From Saccostrea echinata (taxonomy: Eukaryota): a stretch of DNA of 64,000 bases. The notes below the pieces were generated by a model. It saw only the letters and a list, made by a program, of their open reading frames with translations, searched no databases and was not told where the DNA came from. The DNA is taken from positions 7,812,001-7,876,000 of the forward strand of contig NW_026889750.1 in the NCBI RefSeq assembly GCF_033153115.1, given 5' to 3'. Position numbers and translations under genes: made by a program. This document shows, in pieces, positions 57,023 to 64,000 of this stretch (within the stretch, counting starts at the first letter, position 1; each line of letters starts with the position of its first letter).

Positions 57023-60000
57023 TAGAATAGCAATACAGTAGGTCATGTGACTGAAGGGACCTCAACAGGCTCATCGAGACATGATTGTGTAGAAAATGCA
57101 TTAAAACTTTTACACCCTTCCAGAAAATTATGAATCCTTACCCCCCCCCCCCCAAAAAAAAAGAATAAGAAAAGTAGATTTAGCAATAAGGAATTCTCGT
57201 TTCTGTCTTGTTCCTAAGAAAGCCACTTTAAAGTAAAGAAAGGCATTAAATTCCTTCATACAAGTAAGTCATTTACGATTATAAAATTTGAAAGAGTACG
57301 ATAACCTCAACTTTCCCGGGTTTCTTTACGTGACGGGTAGCACTATATCTATATTTTTTTACTCCTTGAGACACTGCAAGTATCAATTAGATATATATCT
57401 TTTAAAGTGTGTTACTCTTCGTAAGTCTGCTTGTCACCAAGCCTATTATAACAGTGTAATACTTTGTATGGGGTGGCTTTGTGTGTTTAACCTACTGCAT
57501 GGCCTGTTTTGTTGACTTCTAACAAGTCATCCTTCAAAATTGAGTAATAAAATGTTGTAAAGAAATTCGATATAGCGGTGGGCAGATGATCGAGCTCCAA
57601 TATTAATCACGTAATCATTCTGTATGTCCGATTCTCTTTGATATACCGCCACCAATTTGATTCCGGAATTGTCAACTTTTGAAAGAGAATTCCTTTTGTA
57701 GTAGACACAAAGTAATGATAAGCAATGGATATTTGTTTTGTGTTTATGTTTTAATCAAAGCGGATTAACATATTAAAATTGAGATGAAAATATTTTTGAA
57801 CAATGGGCCTTTATTGACAAAAAGTTTTTGCAATATTGTAATTAAATTTTTCCATCAATTTGTTAACAGGCGACTTATATTTTCTTGGCGGGAGTTCTTC
57901 CGAAGGAAAATACCCCCGTTGACAATATCTTTCATGAAAAACGCCGTCATCAAATTTCTTAATTTCGGTAGAGAGTATATTACCGTACCCCTAAGATCAA
58001 AGTGTAGGATGGAAGAGTAATGCCGAGAGATAAAGAGAAATGAGCCGAAGGAATCATTAAAATATGACCCACACGAGCTGAAAATTGACGACAAAAGTCA
58101 TTTATAACGGACAACTTCGGCGACAGGTACGCGTTTAATGGTTTTGGTAAAGATGAATGTTCAAACCGTCCGTTTTCACAAAAAAAAATCTACATCGTGA
58201 CTTGACAAATAGTGAACAAAATTAGGGACTGCTTGTGGTCTTATTTAGAAATCTGATTTTTGTATTCATTTATTGTATGGTCACAAGAATTGTACTTGAT
58301 TGCATGAAGCGAAAAAAATTCCATACGTGAAATTGAATGGAGATATTTTTTCATAGTTTATTAAGTATTGTGAATGGAATGCAAAACCACAGCCTTCAAT
58401 TAATTAATTTACTTGTAGGCCAAATATTTTAGCACTCCCTGCAAATAAAGCTGACAAGAAAAATGAATGAATGTATACATTTCTTACTTGTTTTCTTTAA
58501 TTGATTCATTCCGCATATTTAAAGTTTAATGAGGATAAAGATTTCGGTTTTATTTTTTTTAGAATAGAAAAAAGCTCTAATATTTTTCGCCTTTTTTCAC
58601 CGCAATGTCGTTGGGCTTAATCAATTAAATCTGACTAAAAGATATTAATCTCTCTGCATCAAAGGCAAATAAAAACTAACTTTCATATCTCAAAATCGGT
58701 TGTCAATCCATTTTCAAATTACATATTTAGATAATCTGATAAACACGACTGGAAATAGAACCAGTTGTTTTGTTTGCATAAACTGTAAAAGATTTATGAT
58801 CCATTCAATATAAGCGAGGGCTTCCCTTACACTGGGGACAAAAATATATCATTGTAAAAATATAATCGACAAAATTGCTCATATCAAGTATATAATGTCA
58901 ACGTTTTACTGCAACCTTTATTCAATAAATATGTGTTATTTCTTTCTTGAAACTTGGATGAAATGTACTTCTTCCCATTTATTAATAATGAAAAAATGGA
59001 AAATGCAATTCAAAAGTCATTATTACTTTTTGCGTGCAAGTCGATAAACAATTTCCTTTTCAATTTTTCTAAAGTTGGGTTTTAGAACTTTGTGAATGAG
59101 CTGTGTTTGTTATAATCAGTTTTGAGATGTTTGTCAAATTTTATCAAATAAATTAGTGTAAATAACAGGAAGAATAAACGATAATGAAATGACTGTACGG
59201 AATTTACGTAACTGATATTTTGTACTGTAGGTTTGTAATATATGTACGATATTTTTGTACTCTTCAAAGGCTGTTGGAACAGGGAGTGCGTCGGGTGCGA
59301 TGCGTCCCCTTTTAAAACACTCGCAAATATCATTTTTGAAACAAAATAAATTCATTTTCCATTTGTTGAAAGTAATCTCTAGATTTTGTTTATCTAATAT
59401 ATTAAAGAATGGCATTAAGAATGCATCAGAGCCAGCAAAATGGTACCCATTTTAAAAAAAAAAAAAAAAAAATCCTGATTCATCCCTCCCAGATCCTCCT
59501 AATTTGTAATAACCTAGCGACGGTCCTGCTTTTCTTTACAGAAGTCATTCATGTTTAAGTCGATGTAGGATCTTTTTGTTGGTAAAATATCATCTAAAAT
59601 TATACAATTTTATACTTTATTAATTCAATATCATATTCATGCACAGTCACTACTGTTATATAAAACTATATAAAATAATAGGAGATTTGATCACAAGAAA
59701 TCGTTATTAGTATAGATCAATATACACTAGTTTATGATACTTTTCTTATTCAAAGGAATGTGTTACAAAGCCTGTAGGTTTAAAGATATTACTGAAGCAG
59801 TCGACGATGAACTGAGTTTTCTTAAGAAAATAAAATTCCAAGTATTACATTGAAATTCTAATTTGGCCACAGCAAAAGAAAAAAGTATTTCAAAACTTTT
59901 TTTCATAATACATGTTTCAATTGACCAAGGAATACTGATTAAAAGAGCATTCCTCATTTTTTTTGTTACTTTTTTTTTTAATTTAGCAAAGAACACTATT

Positions 60001-63000
60001 AAGGGGATTTACACATGTATTTAGATTAGTACTTAGTACATCATCTTCCTTTTAAATGAGCAATTTTTAAACAGACAAGCAATTTGGTTATATCGAGATG
60101 GTTTACGTGTACTGTCATTTCTGATTTGGGTATGTTTAGTTTGTTCATATGTTTTCCTNNNNNNNNNNNNNNNNNNNNNNNNNNNNNNNNNNNNNNNNNN
60201 NNNNNNNNNNNNNNNNNNNNNNNNNNNNNNNNNNNNNNNNNNNNNNNNNNNNNNNNNNNNNNNNNNNNNNNNNNNNNNNNNNNNNNNGTTTTGTTTTTAA
60301 ATCCATTTTGACATTCTTTTAGACTACATTCTGTTGGTTATCTGGTGGAATATACAATTCTACCTATATTCCTTATGTTGCTTTAACTATATATTCAAAA
60401 CAGGGAAAGCCTATTTATAAAACATTATCGAGTGGAAAAAAATTCTCTTGAAGCTGAGGAATATGTAGAGCACCGCAGTCATGGAGTATTCAACTAAGTT
60501 AATATTTTTTGTATTTCTATCGACATTTTAATTCATATTGGTGAACCTCAGGTGATTAGTATCAGTAAATTATTGCCAAATTACGGTAATTTACAAATTA
60601 CTTGTAGACCATGACCTTAAACTGTTCCCCAATGATAAATGATAAAAATGATAATTCAAAGTGATGCCCGTCAAGAATGAAATTTCTCGGTGTGTGGCGC
60701 AGTAACCGTATTCTCAGTTTTTAAAAAAGGTCTTTCCAAAGCAGGATATACTTACGGAACTTTTGATTGAAAAACAAAGGCTACGTGACAGCGACGAGCT
60801 CGGATTTTTGAGGGATGTTCGTTTCTGTAGTTTCAGGTTGAAAAAGTGGGCGGAAGTTTACCAGATATGTTATCCAAAACAATGACTTTTAAGTGCAGTA
60901 CAGTACAATTTATCCAAACACGATCGAGTCAGACAGTTGACTAGGATAATAGTCGATATACGAGCTAGGCATGACTAATTATGAATGGAAGGGATACTTT
61001 GCCAAAACAGGACTTGTATCTATTTTTTGTTTGAAGTTCCAACCCTCATTGTCAATTATGAATAGGTCAATGATATTTTAAATTATTACATAGTTGATAA
61101 GTTAGTATTTATAGACGATATTCCCCTTTATATGTTATTTAAATCAGCCTCAATGCACGCCGTGACGTTTTAAATTAAAGATTAGATTTTTGAAGAATTA
61201 TTTTTGGAACCCGTCGGATTCAAAATATGCGTGTTTGGGTCCTTTTTTCAGGAGGTTAAATCTTATGTTCTTTGTGTTTCGTCCTCTCTCACAAAAATTG
61301 TAATTGATGATAAAAAAAAAACCATCTACTATTATATCATGTCAAGCAGCACGCTTACGGGTATGCGACTAATCAAATGAAATTATGTTTGGTCCTCTTT
61401 AACATTCAAGTCAAATTCTTTTGCGGTTTCTTATTGAAAATTTGAAATGTTGAAGTCCGTCTATTGAGATTATCTATAAGATAGAACCCTGATATCATTG
61501 TATGACTTAGGTGGTCCCTTAATGTAATATTTGCCTTCACGCAATGAAGAATTAACGTCAATCTAGGCGTTTAATAAAGCCATTTCAAAATTTTTAGTGA
61601 AAAGCGAAACTGGTTTTATTTATTGTTATTTGCTCTGTAAATTGTACTTTTAACTTAATTTCTAAATGTTACGAAATTTTTTTTTTTCGTCTCATTGGCA
61701 TTCTTTTCTCTCTAGAATTATGTAGAATAGTTCTGTGTAATTTCTTGAACTTGAAACGAAAAAGAGTTAAACAAACCTTATCTCATACTTCATGCAAATG
61801 CTGGTTAATTCACTCTAAAATGATATCATATGCTAATTATTTTTATATCGGTCAAGTGACCTACAATGCATGAATAACACTGTGTACCTAAAAGTTCTTT
61901 ACCACAAACGATGAAAAATTTCTCATCTATCTTCTGTCTCATTCCGGAAGTCCTGGTACCCGTCGGTCAAAACTATCCTAATTTGTCATTCTTCAAACAA
62001 AGGTAAACTGGCCTGCATGCACAATTTCTGTCAAAAAAAAAAAATTAAGTGTCCATATGTAAAAATCCACAGTTCAAAACATTCTTTTCAATAAAATTTT
62101 AATATGTGTCTGTCATTGGTTGGATTTAAAATTTGTTAAATTATCAACATGTTACATTATAACTTTTTTAAAAAAAATAATATGAAAACTGACACAAAAT
62201 CATACTAATATTACATGAGAACTGACACAAAATCATACTAAGATACATTGGAACATTCTATATAGAAGGCAGCTTATAAGTTATAACTCTTGTTTTGTTC
62301 ATCATAAACTGTCAAAGGACAAAAAAACAAATAGGACGATCAAAGAAAGTTATGTCAGCAAACTCTAAACGTGCGAAATTTTGCACGATCAAGTGATCTT
62401 AGCGATGTAGGACAAGAAACTTACAAGTGTACAAGGTCAAAGGACCATGACCTTTGGTCACATTCCGATTCCTAGGAAGATGAAGATGTCAAGCATTTCC
62501 GTGGCTTTGCCAAAGACTGTGCTAAAGACTCCTTGGGTCTTCCATTTCTGTGATCTTTGCCCACATCAAAGTAAAAGTAAGATAATCCAGCATTTTGGTG
62601 ACGAATATTCATACTGCTCGATGTCCGCTGCAAAACACAATTAACGTTGATTAATTTCCGAGAAACCCAGTTGGAAATATGTGGACGTCAAAAAGTGAGA
62701 ACATTAAATCATCGGAATACTATGTCGATTTTAACATACTTCATATAAAGTTTCCATTCATGAGAAGAGAACTCTGAATACATTGAACATGTATCTCGAA
62801 TCTTGATAGAGGACTTAACTGCATGTAATCATCTTGCAAATATAGTTTGGCTCTCATATGTGCATGGATGACGCTATTATAGATATTATAATGCATTTTC
62901 AATATAATCTGTTTTGTCTCTGAGACCATATAAACTGAGAACAGAATGGAATTAAAATGCTGATTCTGAATATCTATGATTTTTTTTCACCTATCTGTTT

Positions 63001-63112
63001 AAAAAGTAGTAAGTCTGTATAATACATGATAAAAAAATGTTTAACAGAATTGTTTCAAAAGTTATATTGAAATTTTGACTTAAGTTTGTTCTCATTTTTT
63101 GGTCTTTAGGGT

Positions 63113-64000
63113 TGAATCCTGCACTGGTAGAATATAAAATCTAACAATCTCAGTAAGTTAAGCTCAGTGTTCAAACAGTTTTCGTGCTAGAATTGCAGGA
63201 GTTATAAACGAAGATTTGTATAGAAATAACGCTGTTTGACTTCTTGTTCAATAAGCCCCTTTCTGAATCCAAGGGGCATAAATTTCAAAATTTGTAAGAT
63301 CCTGTTGAGGAGAGATATCATTTTAAGAAAAGAATCTCGTTAAATTAAAAGTACATCTTGTTAGGGAAGAATTGCCATGATGGTAATTCCTGCATAAAAA
63401 GGTAAATTTGTAAGTATCAAACTAACTAATACACAATTCAGAAAACTGCATTTTAGTAATCCCGTGACGATTTTTAGAGCAAATGTATTCTCCAGCGACC
63501 AAAGTTGACTATTTCTGGCATTATTCTTAGTATCTGATGATATAGAATTTGCAGTGGTAAACTTAACTTATTAGAGTGAGGGTTAAACTTAGAGTCAGAG
63601 TGTTAGATTAGGGTTCGGGCTAGGATGAAGGGTTAGAAAGAAAAAACAAAAGCCCCGACACCGGGGGATCGGTGGCAATGCACTTGGCAAGACAAGTTTT
63701 CTCACGTTTTAATGGCAGGTTTCTTATTTAGACGCCATTGTAGAAGCTTCATTATATGGAGTTAAATGGGATAATTTATCAGTATTAAACTTATGCACAG
63801 ACAGACAGAGAGACGAACAGTCTCCGTGTTCAAGAAGAAGCAAATCTTTGCACATTTAAGGTTAAGAATCTCTTTTTAAGAATTCGGGTTTTTTTGTATT
63901 GATATCAAACATGTTCAAATTCTTCCATGTAGAAGTAGAGAGTGTGACACAAACTTATACATGTAAAAGAGTGGGAAAACTTAGGCTTTCTTTCCAATTT
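63113..64000 (+). repeat. Dispersed repeat, copy 2 (no SINE)
   Basis: Collinear with 54175-55310. Confidence 0.85.

Overview
Animal genomic DNA: AT-rich, intron-rich, with seven N-gaps. The repeat content (Cg170-like satellite inside a Helentron-type element, V-domain SINEs, Penelope-like retroelements) points to a bivalve, most likely an oyster (inference). Two spliced protein-coding genes can be rebuilt by hand, both on the + strand. (1) 7484-36532: a roughly 29-kb gene with at least 23 coding exons and more than 1,700 codons, encoding a RIG-I-like receptor (DECH-box helicase, Hel2i, pincer, Zn-binding CTD). In place of tandem CARDs its N-terminus is a DZIP3-type HEPN domain with an intact RN-x4-H RNase motif, five Ig-like domains, a death-effector domain (DED), a TRADD-N-like domain and an acidic linker, all joined by phase-1 introns. 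This is the most interesting item: a possible single-polypeptide dsRNA sensor, RNase effector and death-signalling scaffold. One join runs through an assembly gap, so the single-gene model needs transcript confirmation. (2) 44236-48531: a 6-exon secreted frizzled-related protein of the sFRP3/4 (FRZB) type with a very basic C-terminal tail. The rest is transposon-derived: decayed Penelope-like RT copies, Helentron/HINE elements with internal satellites, MITEs with TA, TTA or TTAA target duplications, SINEs, minisatellites and long hairpins. All calls come from reading the sequence; no searches were run.
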